From the IMG/VR virus record IMGVR_UViG_3300033146_005641, positions 55,352 through 119,351 of that record: 64,000 nt of DNA, one strand, 5' to 3'. The position numbers and the translations under genes are program-made. Origin of the DNA: a virus (taxonomy: Duplodnaviria; Heunggongvirae; Uroviricota; Caudoviricetes). The notes under the pieces were generated by a model. The model ran no database searches, had not been told where the DNA came from, and saw only the letters and a program-made list of their open reading frames with translations. Shown piece after piece: positions 37,485 through 46,767 of the stretch. Positions within the stretch are counted from its first letter, which is position 1. Every line of letters starts with the position of its first letter.

Positions 37485-38788
37485 TAGTAATCCTTTCCAA
37501 ACTCATATTCAGAAAAAATATCTAATTCGTTCCAAGCGTTAGCTAATAATTCTTGAGCCTTTTTAAGACTTTTTAGTGAGATAGGATCTTGATAATCTTT
37601 TTTTAATCTCGTAATGTATTTAGTTAATTCTTCTAACCTATCTTCTACATTCTTTTTATATTCGACTTCAGGATATTTAATATCTTTTTTTGTCTTAATA
37701 CCTTCTTGTAAACTATATCCAAGATATTTTTTTTCTATAGATGATCTTTCGTCGGGATTAGACATACTATATCCGTATTTATCGGCTATTTCTGCAGATA
37801 TTGATTTATATTTAGAACCATATTTTTTAACTAATTCTTTATAAAATCTTTCTTCTCTCTCTTTCTTTTTTCGAACGTATTCTTTATAGTCTTCACCAAA
37901 AATTTTCTTAAAAGTTTCTATTTTAGCATCTTCTTCTATGCGTTTTAGAGTTAAATCTTTTTCACTAGCTATTTTTTCTAAAGCCTCTTTAAGCTCTTTT
38001 GCTTTTTTCTGACAAGGAGATTCTGTTTTAGATTCAGCTATAATATATCCTTTTAAACTATCTAATTCTACATCATTATCGAATTGATCTATACCAAAGA
38101 AACATCCGTCATCTTCGTGATGTAAAGAAATTAATTTACCTCTGTCGTCAGCTACCATAACTGGTTCTTTTTTCAGGCGTTTTTTAACTTCTTTAGTGAT
38201 GTCTCTAGATTCAGCTAGTGTACATCCTTCTGGAGTACATATCCATCCTCCATGACCGTTAGATTCTATATTTACACTTTCTAAGATGAGCGATTCATTA
38301 AAACCGTCTAAATTGGCATTCCAATCTGAAGGATTTTGAACTATATCATAAGTAATTAAAGTGAATTCTTCAACTATATCACCATTTAATTTACCTACAC
38401 CTCTAGAAGATACACCTATTTTTCGACCTGCATCAATACGCTCTCTAATATCTTTAGTTTCCGGCTTATTGAATATTACAGACTCACCGTAAACTCTTCC
38501 TTCGCGAATTTCTAGCTTACGAATCCTAGCAACAGCTTTTTCAGGATCTACTTCAGTTCTTGGAGGGTGTTCTTTTTCCATAAGAGTATTTTGAGTATTA
38601 TTCTCTATTTCTCTTTGATATCTAGTCACATTTTCTTCCCATATTCTCATAGGATATATACGACCGTTTCTATTTTTTAATTCCGGTGTACTAAATATAC
38701 CCTTGATAATATATGTTTTTTCACCAGTAGCTTCATTTAACTCTACTACTGTTTCTATATCTAGGCTTTCTTCTAGTATTAGCTTCAT
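37484..38788 (-). CDS. gp21: Prohead protease with long C-terminal extension
   Basis: IKGIF...E.KNRNGRIYP, E.EHP, GVSSRG.G, YDIV.NPS...A. Confidence 0.95.
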   Translation of the reverse strand: MKLILEESLDIETVVELNEATGEKTYIIKGIFSTPELKNRNGRIYPMRIWEENVTRYQREIENNTQNTLMEKEHPPRTEVDPEKAVARIRKLEIREGRVYGESVIFNKPETKDIRERIDAGRKIGVSSRGVGKLNGDIVEEFTLITYDIVQNPSDWNANLDGFNESLILESVNIESNGHGGWICTPEGCTLAESRDITKEVKKRLKKEPVMVADDRGKLISLHHEDDGCFFGIDQFDNDVELDSLKGYIIAESKTESPCQKKAKELKEALEKIASEKDLTLKRIEEDAKIETFKKIFGEDYKEYVRKKKEREERFYKELVKKYGSKYKSISAEIADKYGYSMSNPDERSSIEKKYLGYSLQEGIKTKKDIKYPEVEYKKNVEDRLEELTKYITRLKKDYQDPISLKSLKKAQELLANAWNELDIFSEYEFGKDY

Positions 38789-38822
38789 ATTTTTCCTTTA
38801 GATATAAAGATGAGATTAAATA

Positions 38823-39101
38823 CTAATCCTCATCCCCGTCTTTATCTTTATCTTTATCTTTATCCCCGTCTTTATCCCCGTCTTTATCTTTATCTTTGTC
38901 TTTATCTTCGTCCTTATCTTTATCTTTGTCTTTGTCTTTGTCTTTATCTAAAGCTTCTTTGATTTCAGATAGTTTAGACTTGAATTCTTGGATTTTTGGA
39001 TGATCATTTAACTTAGTTTTAAGACTATCTAAAGCTAATTCTTCAAACTTAACGTATTTTCTTTCTTCTGCAGACTTAATTAAATCTATAGTATTTGACA
39101 T
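38823..39101 (-). CDS. gp67: Prohead core protein with acidic (DK)n tail
   Basis: Between portal and gp21; helical N-part plus low-complexity D/K tail as in T4 gp67. Confidence 0.65.
   Translation of the reverse strand: MSNTIDLIKSAEERKYVKFEELALDSLKTKLNDHPKIQEFKSKLSEIKEALDKDKDKDKDKDKDEDKDKDKDKDGDKDGDKDKDKDKDGDED
38826..38949. repeat. Degenerate 6-bp tandem repeat (tttatc/tttgtc) encoding (DK)n
   Basis: Visible hexamer array. Confidence 0.9.
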
Positions 39102-39129
39102 TGGAGGTTCCTTTAATATCTTATTAATT

Positions 39130-39137
39130 TATTTATA
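39130..39137 (-). promoter_or_regulatory. Late promoter TATAAATA (gp67-gp21)
   Basis: Exact consensus. Confidence 0.65.
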
Positions 39138-39139
39138 AT

Positions 39140-40663
39140 TTAAAATTCGCTATCACTATAAAAATTATTATATAGCGGATTCGACCTTTCTTTTCTAATT
39201 CTTTCTACTTCTTCATCTATATTTTCAGAAGACCATCCTAAAGTAGTTTTAAGTGCGGTTTCTAAAGAAATTACTTTACCTATTTCTTCTTTAAGATCTT
39301 GAAAATTACCGATTCCTTTTAGAAATAGATCTCTATTCATATTTTCTAAAAATATAGATTTGCTAGAAAATTCTATTTTTATATCTTGTTCTATACTATC
39401 CCATTCTTGTTCAGACATATCTCCTGAATAGATTAATTCTCTTTTTAACATTCTTTTAAATAAAGAAGCAACAGGTTTTCTCAGTTTATCTACAAATAAA
39501 TAAAAAGACATATCTTCATTATTTATGCTGTCTGTTTCGTAACTAAAATCTGTAGAATCGTCTAAATACGGATTTCTATTAGAAGGAATTTTTAGAGAAG
39601 TGAATAATTTTTTAGAGGTATATAAAATATCCTCCATATCCATTAACCCGCCTTTTTCATCCATAGTTTCTACTGTAGTTCCTCTTCCCCCATTTCTATT
39701 AGATAGCCAATAATCTTCTACAAGAGGTTGAGTAGAATTTAAATTCTTAATAAAACCCTTTTCTACATCATAAGTTTTCTTATATTTAAATTCATTACGA
39801 ATTTGATTCATAAGCTCTTTTGCTTTTTTAGGAGGTAGTTCAGCAACATCAATATTAAATAATCTACGTGAAACCGATCTTGAGTATCTTAGAGGAACCA
39901 GTAAATTTTCTAGTGTTGATAGTTGATTTACGTATTTTGAAGCTTTTTCTAAATATCCTAGATTTACTTTAGTACTAGCTTCTTCATCTAAAATAACGTT
40001 TTTATATAGTTTAAAATCTATATGAATTAGTTCGTCGTTAGTATATTCCTCGTCAAAATCTTCTTTATTATAGTCGTATAATCCGACACCGCCCTGCTCA
40101 TCTTTTACGAACCGCCACGTCTTAGAATCTTTATTATAGTATAAATTAAAAGGTTCTAAAATATTAACTTTTTTAATTCCTTCTCTTAATTGACCTTTAT
40201 CATATATTAAAGACACGTTTAACTGTCCGTCAACGTATAGTTGTCTACAAATAATATCCATATTTTCGTTAACATTTACTATTGAACATAATTTGTTAAA
40301 TTTTTCTGTTACTTTATCTTTAAATTTCTTACTTTTATTTTCTATATTGATTTTAAGAATATCATCATTTAGAGAGAATATCATTTCGTTTACTAAAAGA
40401 TCAATAGCATAGTCTACGTCAGCGTTTTCAGATAGATTTCTATATTTTCTAATTATTTGATTTTGATAGTGTGTTGGTGAAGTTTTATCACCAAAACCGC
40501 CAAAAGAGTCAATTTCATTATTCATATTACTAAAAGCAACGACACCTAGATATTCATCAGATAATTCTGAAGATACGTTTATAGGATTAGTATTGCTTGA
40601 AGGAGATTTAATGACGTCTTCGTCTTTTATAAAAGGTTTTTTTAGAGCCTCCAATAGATTCAT
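39140..40663 (-). CDS. gp20: Portal vertex protein
   Basis: I..YR......DVD.AI, YVDG, YL.KA....NQL..LE......R..R...RR.F.IDV..LP.KKA, EDYWL..R.GGRGT.V.T. Confidence 0.97.
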   Translation of the reverse strand: MNLLEALKKPFIKDEDVIKSPSSNTNPINVSSELSDEYLGVVAFSNMNNEIDSFGGFGDKTSPTHYQNQIIRKYRNLSENADVDYAIDLLVNEMIFSLNDDILKINIENKSKKFKDKVTEKFNKLCSIVNVNENMDIICRQLYVDGQLNVSLIYDKGQLREGIKKVNILEPFNLYYNKDSKTWRFVKDEQGGVGLYDYNKEDFDEEYTNDELIHIDFKLYKNVILDEEASTKVNLGYLEKASKYVNQLSTLENLLVPLRYSRSVSRRLFNIDVAELPPKKAKELMNQIRNEFKYKKTYDVEKGFIKNLNSTQPLVEDYWLSNRNGGRGTTVETMDEKGGLMDMEDILYTSKKLFTSLKIPSNRNPYLDDSTDFSYETDSINNEDMSFYLFVDKLRKPVASLFKRMLKRELIYSGDMSEQEWDSIEQDIKIEFSSKSIFLENMNRDLFLKGIGNFQDLKEEIGKVISLETALKTTLGWSSENIDEEVERIRKERSNPLYNNFYSDSEF

Positions 40664-40687
40664 AATAACTCCATGTTTATTTTAACT

Positions 40688-40699
40688 TATTTATAAATA
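40688..40699. promoter_or_regulatory. Palindromic bidirectional late promoter TATTTATAAATA
   Basis: Between divergent portal and neck genes. Confidence 0.7.
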
Positions 40700-40725
40700 T
40701 TTTAATAAAAGAATAAGGTTTATAT

Positions 40726-41613
40726 ATGGGTATAGATAATCAACAGGGAATAACTCCTACAGATATCGTTAATACTAAACAGAGAAGTAGAAGAATAGAT
40801 AGTGAGGAAAAACTAATTAGATTTATTAGAACTCGCTTAGGAGAGCCTATGATTACTGTTGATGTATCTGACGATCAAATATCCCTAATAATAGATGAAA
40901 CTATACGAAAATTCTCTGATTATGCTTATGGAGGAGAACAAACTGCTTCGTTTATAGTATCGGGTGAAAAAGGCGTACAAGATTATTTAATGGATTATAA
41001 AGTACAATCTATTCAATCTATTTCATTCGGTAATAGTCTAGGCTCGGTCAATCAGACAGGTTCGGGAGGAATTAATCTAGGTCCAGGATGGGGTACAATA
41101 GGTATAGGATATGTTCCACATATTACTATGCAAGGCGAGGTTTCTAGTCTAGAGACTTCAGGCAGAACTACAACACTCGGAGGAGGAATTGCAGGAGGTG
41201 CCAGTTCAGGAGGAATGTTAGATGCCTCAACAAACGCTTATGTAACCTTATCACAAAGAGATACTCTTCAATCTTTATTCGGGGTGGGTGTGAATTTTGA
41301 ATTCAATAGTAATTCTAAAATTTTGAGAATATTCGAAGAAGTAACAGGACCTTTCTTAGTTGAGGCTTCAATAGAGTATATACCTAATCCAGAATACGAT
41401 GAAATATATAATCATCCGTGGATTAAAGGTTATGCTCTTAATCAAGTAAAGTTTTTATGGGGTTCTATAACTGGTAAGTATTCGCAGCCACTTGTAGGTG
41501 GAGCTGAAATAAATTACGCTGATATGAAGTCGGAAGCCAAAGAAGAACTGGATACTTTAGAAGAGGATTTACTTAATAAATATTCTGAAGCTCTAGGTAT
41601 GTTTAGTGGATAA
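40726..41613 (+). CDS. gp13: Neck protein
   Basis: L...I..RLG.P.I.V.V.DDQI...I, WIK.YA...K..WG....KY....L.GG...N......EA..E. Confidence 0.92.
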   Translation: MGIDNQQGITPTDIVNTKQRSRRIDSEEKLIRFIRTRLGEPMITVDVSDDQISLIIDETIRKFSDYAYGGEQTASFIVSGEKGVQDYLMDYKVQSIQSISFGNSLGSVNQTGSGGINLGPGWGTIGIGYVPHITMQGEVSSLETSGRTTTLGGGIAGGASSGGMLDASTNAYVTLSQRDTLQSLFGVGVNFEFNSNSKILRIFEEVTGPFLVEASIEYIPNPEYDEIYNHPWIKGYALNQVKFLWGSITGKYSQPLVGGAEINYADMKSEAKEELDTLEEDLLNKYSEALGMFSG

Positions 41614-41628
41614 AAATATTAAGGAAAA

Positions 41629-42048
41629 GTGATGAAAAGTAAACATTTTATATTACAAGAATTTGTACCTGAAGAACTATATGTAAAATATGGAAATAAG
41701 TGTTGGGAGTTTTTAGATCCTGATTTAATAAAAGTTGTAGATATTCTTAAAGAAGAGTTTCCTGAAGGAACTTGTACTATTAACAATTGGAAATGGGGTG
41801 GAGATAGAAGCTGGAGCGGAATTAGAACTCCGGATAGTCCTTATTATTCTTATAGTAGTATGCATGCTTGGGGTAAAGCGGTAGATATGGTTTTTAGTAA
41901 ATATTCTGCAGATGAGGTGAGAAAATTTATTATAGATAATCCTAAAAATTATAAAGAGTTTGAGTGTATTAGGGGTATAGAAACAGATATCTCTTGGGTA
42001 CATATCGATACTAGGAATAGAGACTCCAGAATAATTTTTAAGCCGTAA
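41629..42048 (+). CDS. Endolysin, peptidase M15 family
   Basis: G.R, S.H..G.AVD, WVHID zinc-peptidase motifs. Confidence 0.8.
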   Translation: MMKSKHFILQEFVPEELYVKYGNKCWEFLDPDLIKVVDILKEEFPEGTCTINNWKWGGDRSWSGIRTPDSPYYSYSSMHAWGKAVDMVFSKYSADEVRKFIIDNPKNYKEFECIRGIETDISWVHIDTRNRDSRIIFKP

Positions 42049-42058
42049 AGGATATAGG

Positions 42059-42532
42059 ATGGGAATATTTTCAATATTTAATATATTAGGTCTTTTTAAA
42101 AATTTTAATTTTTCTAAATTTTTTAATTTAAGAAATATCTTAATCATATTATTGGTCCTTATATTATCTTACGGATATGCTAGAATTGATAGTCTTAAAG
42201 AAGATGTAGAAAGATTAGAACATAAAATAGAAGTAATTACTATAGATAGAGATAGCTGTAAGGAAGCTAACGAGGAAAATATAAACGAGTTAAATAAAAT
42301 AAAATCTAGGTATGAACTTAACGAAAAAAAATATATTAAAAGAGTAGAGAATAGAGATAAAATTATAATAACCTTAAGAAAAGATCTTCAAAATTTGAAA
42401 AAGAAACTAGATCAGGAGCCGTCTGAGGTTATCGTAGTTAGGGACGGTAAAATACCTATCATAAAAGGAAAGGATATTAAAGATGAAGAATTTAAAGAAT
42501 TATATAATTCTATCTCTACTGTTGGTAAGTAG
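42059..42532 (+). CDS. Putative i-spanin
   Basis: N-terminal TM helix plus coiled coil, overlaps a downstream lipoprotein. Confidence 0.65.
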   Translation: MGIFSIFNILGLFKNFNFSKFFNLRNILIILLVLILSYGYARIDSLKEDVERLEHKIEVITIDRDSCKEANEENINELNKIKSRYELNEKKYIKRVENRDKIIITLRKDLQNLKKKLDQEPSEVIVVRDGKIPIIKGKDIKDEEFKELYNSISTVGK

Positions 42533-42770
42533 TTTATTTCAGGGATGTTGTTTTCCTGAAAAAGTCTGTAAACCTACTACAAAAATTAAATATGTAGAGA
42601 TACCTTGTCCTAAGCCTACAGGAAGACCAAAATTTGTTAAATATAATATATATTTTACAAATATAAATAAAGAGAACTATATATTAATTCCGAAGAATGA
42701 TGCTATCATTATGAAGAATAACTGGTTATTATATAAAAATTGGTGTGAAGAGAATATAAATGGAAAATAA
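42483..42770 (+). CDS. Putative o-spanin lipoprotein
   Basis: Signal peptide with lipobox LFQG/C, Pro-rich; overlaps the i-spanin. Confidence 0.65.
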   Translation: MKNLKNYIILSLLLVSSLFQGCCFPEKVCKPTTKIKYVEIPCPKPTGRPKFVKYNIYFTNINKENYILIPKNDAIIMKNNWLLYKNWCEENINGK

Positions 42771-42993
42771 CGAACAAAACCCCGTAGATATATTAGATAA
42801 ACATAGAGTACTTACTAGGTTTTTATCTTTAATTATAGCAGGAGTTTTTATATATTCTTTTATACTGCCTTTAGATGTAGCTTACGCTGAAATAGCAACA
42901 TATGCTATAGTAGTAGTATTATTAATAATCACGTTTGGTATAAATTCGTTAGATAAAATTGCTGAAATTTTAAAAGCATTTAAAGGCAAATAG
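42760..42993 (+). CDS. Putative holin (two TM helices)
   Basis: Two hydrophobic segments, basic C-terminus, in the lysis cluster. Confidence 0.55.
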   Translation: MENNEQNPVDILDKHRVLTRFLSLIIAGVFIYSFILPLDVAYAEIATYAIVVVLLIITFGINSLDKIAEILKAFKGK

Positions 42994-43373
42994 TGGAAAT
43001 AATTTTAAGTTCTGTATTCACATTTTTAAAAGTTCATTATGGTGACGTTTCTATTTCTATATTAACTCTATCAGTTATTACTTTTTATTATAGGAGAGTT
43101 AAACCCTTTTTAGATTCTCTTCCTGACTTGGAAACTATAGAAGATAATAAAACTCATATGGATGTGAGGTCTAAAGAAATAATAGAAAATATATCATCTA
43201 TAAAAAAATTAGTAGAAGATTTAAGGAGAGATATAGAATCTATAGAAAATAATGCATCACAAGGAGAAAGAGAATTTCATAATAGGATGGACGGACTAAT
43301 GAAAGACCTAAATCAGATTTCTTCTAAAATTGAAACTATGATGTTTTTAAGCATCAAGGGAGAAATAAAATGA
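42993..43373 (+). CDS. Membrane protein with coiled coil (holin/antiholin-like)
   Basis: N-terminal hydrophobic segment, C-terminal coiled coil. Confidence 0.45.
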   Translation: MEIILSSVFTFLKVHYGDVSISILTLSVITFYYRRVKPFLDSLPDLETIEDNKTHMDVRSKEIIENISSIKKLVEDLRRDIESIENNASQGEREFHNRMDGLMKDLNQISSKIETMMFLSIKGEIK

Positions 43374-44110
43374 GACAGTCTAATAGATATTTTCATCCTA
43401 GAAAATTTATCCATAATAATATAAATTTTCGAATTAAAACTAGCGAAGCTATGAATTTATTTAAAGCGAACCAAACGTTCGTTTTAAAACAAATGACGTA
43501 TAACTCTAAATTTGAGTTTTCAATGGTATCTAAAGATATTATGTTATTAAAATACGATGTATGGTATGATTGGTTAAATGAGGTAGAGCAATTGTTGCTA
43601 GGTAGTGATATATCTAGAGAAGATAATAAAAGAGATATATTAGAGCTTGCTTCAGAAAGAAAAAAATATTATGAAGATACACTTAGAGAAAATTTTGCAG
43701 GCGATGATTTAAAATTTGTAAATTTTTGGATAGAAATTCACGAAAAATTATGTTCTTTATTAAAGGATAAAATCAAAAATATTAGCTCTTTATTAAAGAA
43801 AGAGGATTTTTTCTTCGAAATCACTAGAATAACGTCTAACGTTATGAGGAGAACACTATATGAGCTTCAAGAATTAGAAACTATCTTTTTTGATAGTGGT
43901 GAAGTTAATATTTGTATAGATAATATATGTATAGAAATTTCTAAAAAAGATGTAAATTTCTTTAAAGATAAAATTAATAAATATCAAAATATTAAAAAAT
44001 TTAAGCGTGTAGTTATTAAGAATTATTCAGATATTGATGACTTGGAAATAATTTATGAAAATGCGTTAGATTATTTAAAAGAACAAAATATATCTTATTA
44101 CATCATATAA
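43370..44110 (+). CDS. Hypothetical protein
   Basis: 246-aa coupled ORF. Confidence 0.65.
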   Translation: MRQSNRYFHPRKFIHNNINFRIKTSEAMNLFKANQTFVLKQMTYNSKFEFSMVSKDIMLLKYDVWYDWLNEVEQLLLGSDISREDNKRDILELASERKKYYEDTLRENFAGDDLKFVNFWIEIHEKLCSLLKDKIKNISSLLKKEDFFFEITRITSNVMRRTLYELQELETIFFDSGEVNICIDNICIEISKKDVNFFKDKINKYQNIKKFKRVVIKNYSDIDDLEIIYENALDYLKEQNISYYII

Positions 44111-44119
44111 GGAGATGAT

Positions 44120-44443
44120 ATGCAAGGGTTTAAATCAGTTTTAAAAGAAAACAAAAGAAAAAAACAATTAGATAAAATATTAAAATCTATATTAAAAGAA
44201 AATATTGTAGATTTAACTGAAGGTAGTTGTTTTAGTGCATTAAAGTCGGCGATAGTAGAATTTATAGAAATTAAAGAATTCAAACCGCTTATAGATCCTC
44301 GTAAAAAAGGCATAACTATTAATGGAGAATTTAGAGGTGGAGAAAGCGGTTCAAAACACGTTATAATGAATTGTTCGTTTAAACTAGATAGAGTAATAGA
44401 AGACCTAAACAAAAATATAAAAACTATTAACGATTCTCTTTAA
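44120..44443 (+). CDS. Hypothetical protein, possible internal head protein
   Basis: SD aaggag; MQGFKSVLKE N-terminus. Confidence 0.55.
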   Translation: MQGFKSVLKENKRKKQLDKILKSILKENIVDLTEGSCFSALKSAIVEFIEIKEFKPLIDPRKKGITINGEFRGGESGSKHVIMNCSFKLDRVIEDLNKNIKTINDSL

Positions 44444-44497
44444 TCTAGCCTTAAGTCTCTTTATAATATAATATATAAAAAGAAAAGAAGATTAAAG

Positions 44498-44748
44498 ATG
44501 AGGTTATATAGACGACACTAGAAATCCTAGACAAAGATTCGATCATATTTCTAAAACTAGTAGGGACGCTATACAATGGATGCAGAAATATGGATGTCCT
44601 AACTATATTTCTTTTGATCACAATCTTGGGGTATGATACTTCTATGGCTATAATTAAATGGATATCTGAAACAGATTTAGATTCAATAGGTAGAGCTAAT
44701 ATAGAAGGATACTTAAAATACTACCTAAAATCTAAAAAACTAATATAG
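44498..44748 (+). pseudogene. Degraded cyclic-phosphate-processing receiver-domain (cREC-like) gene
   Basis: Two frameshifts restore MRLY.DDTRNP...WMQKYGCPNYISFDHNLG.YD.....KW...IGRANIEGYL. Confidence 0.65.
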
Positions 44749-44804
44749 TTTTAAGCTAAATTACTATATAATATAATATATAAAAAGAAAAGGATTGAAA
44801 GATG
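44749..44804 (+). promoter_or_regulatory. Early promoter/leader cassette
   Basis: TTTTAAG-N11-TATAAT...AAAAGAAAAGGATTGAAAGATG. Confidence 0.7.
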
Positions 44805-45089
44805 GAGAATCAAAAAACAGTAAATAAGAAAAAGATGCAAAAGCATATTAAAATTAATCATAGTATTGACGCTATCGGTAATAGTAGAGTATATACACTA
44901 CAAAAAAGAACAGTGGCTCTTCACGAGTATTTCGGTACTAATAAAAATGAACGAAAAGAAAAAGTAGAAAAAGTTAGAAATTTTATATTCAGCGGTGCTG
45001 TAGAAAGCGGCCTCGAAGAAATATCTGTAGAGTTTAATAAAGCAGAAAACGAGATTAACAAAAGACTAGATCATCTTATTAATCAATGA
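44802..45089 (+). CDS. Hypothetical early protein
   Basis: Starts at the cassette ATG. Confidence 0.65.
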   Translation: MENQKTVNKKKMQKHIKINHSIDAIGNSRVYTLQKRTVALHEYFGTNKNERKEKVEKVRNFIFSGAVESGLEEISVEFNKAENEINKRLDHLINQ

Positions 45090-45580
45090 AAGTTATTAAT
45101 TTATATGGAGGACCCGGTGTAGGAAAATCTACTATAGCTGCAGGCCTTTTCTATGAAATGAAAAAGCTAGGCTATAAAGCAGAATTAATAACAGAATTCG
45201 CTAAAGATCTAGTGTATTCTGAAGATAGTACCAGACTATCGGATCAGCTTTTAGTATTTGCTGAACAACATCATAAAATATTTAGACTAAAAGATAAAGT
45301 AGACTATATTATAACCGATAGTCCTCTAAATCTTTCTATCATTTATAATCATTCTACAGATAAAGAAATATATAAAGAAATATTTAATACTGTTTTTAAT
45401 AGCTATGAGAATATTAATTTTTTTATAGAAAGAAATGATAGTTTTTTTCAGGAATACGGAAGAATACATAGTTTAGAGCAATCTAAATCGTTAGATAAAG
45501 AGATTCGTCAAATATTAGATAATTACTATTCTATTAATTTAGAAAGTGAGCCTATTAAAAAGATATTAGGATTAATTTGA
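45086..45580 (+). CDS. P-loop kinase/ATPase (NadR/AAA_28-like)
   Basis: INLYGGPGVGKST, E.AK, IITDSP, FIER...F...GR. Confidence 0.8.
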   Translation: MKVINLYGGPGVGKSTIAAGLFYEMKKLGYKAELITEFAKDLVYSEDSTRLSDQLLVFAEQHHKIFRLKDKVDYIITDSPLNLSIIYNHSTDKEIYKEIFNTVFNSYENINFFIERNDSFFQEYGRIHSLEQSKSLDKEIRQILDNYYSINLESEPIKKILGLI

Positions 45581-45604
45581 TTTTAAGCCTTTTTATACTA
45601 TAAT
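45581..45604 (+). promoter_or_regulatory. Early promoter TTTTAAG-N11-TATAAT
   Basis: Consensus spacing. Confidence 0.65.
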
Positions 45605-45658
45605 TTATTATATAAACTGAAGAAATGATATAGATGTTTCTAATATGAAAGATATTTA

Positions 45659-45874
45659 ATGAAAAATGCAGAATACTTATATGGTAGAAAAAGTTTAAAA
45701 GGTCTAGCAAATATGTCCTATAAAGAAGCTTTAGAGACTAAAATAAGCTTGGCTGAATCTTTAGTTAATACTTTATTACAGGTTCACTATATGGATAGAG
45801 ATAGCGGAAGAATAAATGATTGTAAAAGGGCTATTGGATTTAATGAGACGCTGATAAAGGAGATAGAAGAATGA
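45659..45874 (+). CDS. Hypothetical protein
   Basis: ORF track. Confidence 0.6.
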   Translation: MKNAEYLYGRKSLKGLANMSYKEALETKISLAESLVNTLLQVHYMDRDSGRINDCKRAIGFNETLIKEIEE

Positions 45875-46578
45875 AGATTAAGCAGTTAGGAAACGGAGGA
45901 GGGTTTGATTTTGATCAGACGAACTCTTCGTTTTTGATATCTAATGACGATGAAACAGACTATACATTATTCGATTGTGGATATAACATAATGTCCAGGC
46001 TTTTAGATGAGAAAGATCTCATAGATATTGAAAAAATTAATAATGTAATTATTAGTCATATGGATGAGGATCATATAGGCAATCTAAAAATGCTTATATA
46101 TTGGAGATATTTTAATTATAATAAAACTACTAATATTGTATGTGGTCCTAGAGTAGAAGAGGATTTAAGAAAATATTTAAATAAGATAGAGTATGAATTA
46201 ATAGGAGGATTACCTACTAATACTACTATGTATTATTTTGATAATAGAGCTACATATTATAATATGAAATTTATAGAGGAATATCACGGAGTTATACCTT
46301 CTTATGGTGTTCTTTTTTATAAGAAAGAGGGGTTTTATGATGGAATTTTTATATCAGGCGATACTAAAGCAAACTATAATATAGAAAAGAAATTGAAAAA
46401 CCCCATATCTCTAAAAAATATAAAATACATTTTTCACGACTATAGTCATTGGGATAATGTAACAAGAAATGTTCACGCATGTAAAACAGATTTCGATTTA
46501 GAGTATTCTGAAGAATTTAGAAATAAAACTATTAAATATCATACAGGAGATTCATTTAATTCTGATTGGTTAATGTAG
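45871..46578 (+). CDS. Metallo-beta-lactamase-fold hydrolase (RNase Z-like)
   Basis: LG.GG, LFDCG, ISH.D.DHIG, ISGDT, IFHD, H. Confidence 0.8.
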   Translation: MKIKQLGNGGGFDFDQTNSSFLISNDDETDYTLFDCGYNIMSRLLDEKDLIDIEKINNVIISHMDEDHIGNLKMLIYWRYFNYNKTTNIVCGPRVEEDLRKYLNKIEYELIGGLPTNTTMYYFDNRATYYNMKFIEEYHGVIPSYGVLFYKKEGFYDGIFISGDTKANYNIEKKLKNPISLKNIKYIFHDYSHWDNVTRNVHACKTDFDLEYSEEFRNKTIKYHTGDSFNSDWLM

Positions 46579-46636
46579 TTTTAAGTTAAATTATACTATA
46601 ATATACTATATAAAGAGATAGAAGGATAGAAAGATG
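46579..46636 (+). promoter_or_regulatory. Early promoter/leader cassette
   Basis: TTTTAAG-N11-TATAATATACTATATAAAGAGATAGAAGGATAGAAAGATG. Confidence 0.7.
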
Positions 46637-46759
46637 AGATTAGAAGAGTTACACAATACAGATCATACCCATTCATTAAGGTATATTATGAGTAAAATTA
46701 AACAATTTTTTATTGATTTAGAAGAAAAATTTGGCGATTTAGCTGAAAAAATATTTTAG
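46634..46759 (+). CDS. 41-aa early peptide (not in ORF track)
   Basis: Cassette ATG; MRLEELHNTDHTHSLRYIMSKIKQFFIDLEEKFGDLAEKIF. Confidence 0.5.
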   Translation: MRLEELHNTDHTHSLRYIMSKIKQFFIDLEEKFGDLAEKIF

Positions 46760-46767
46760 GAAATATT

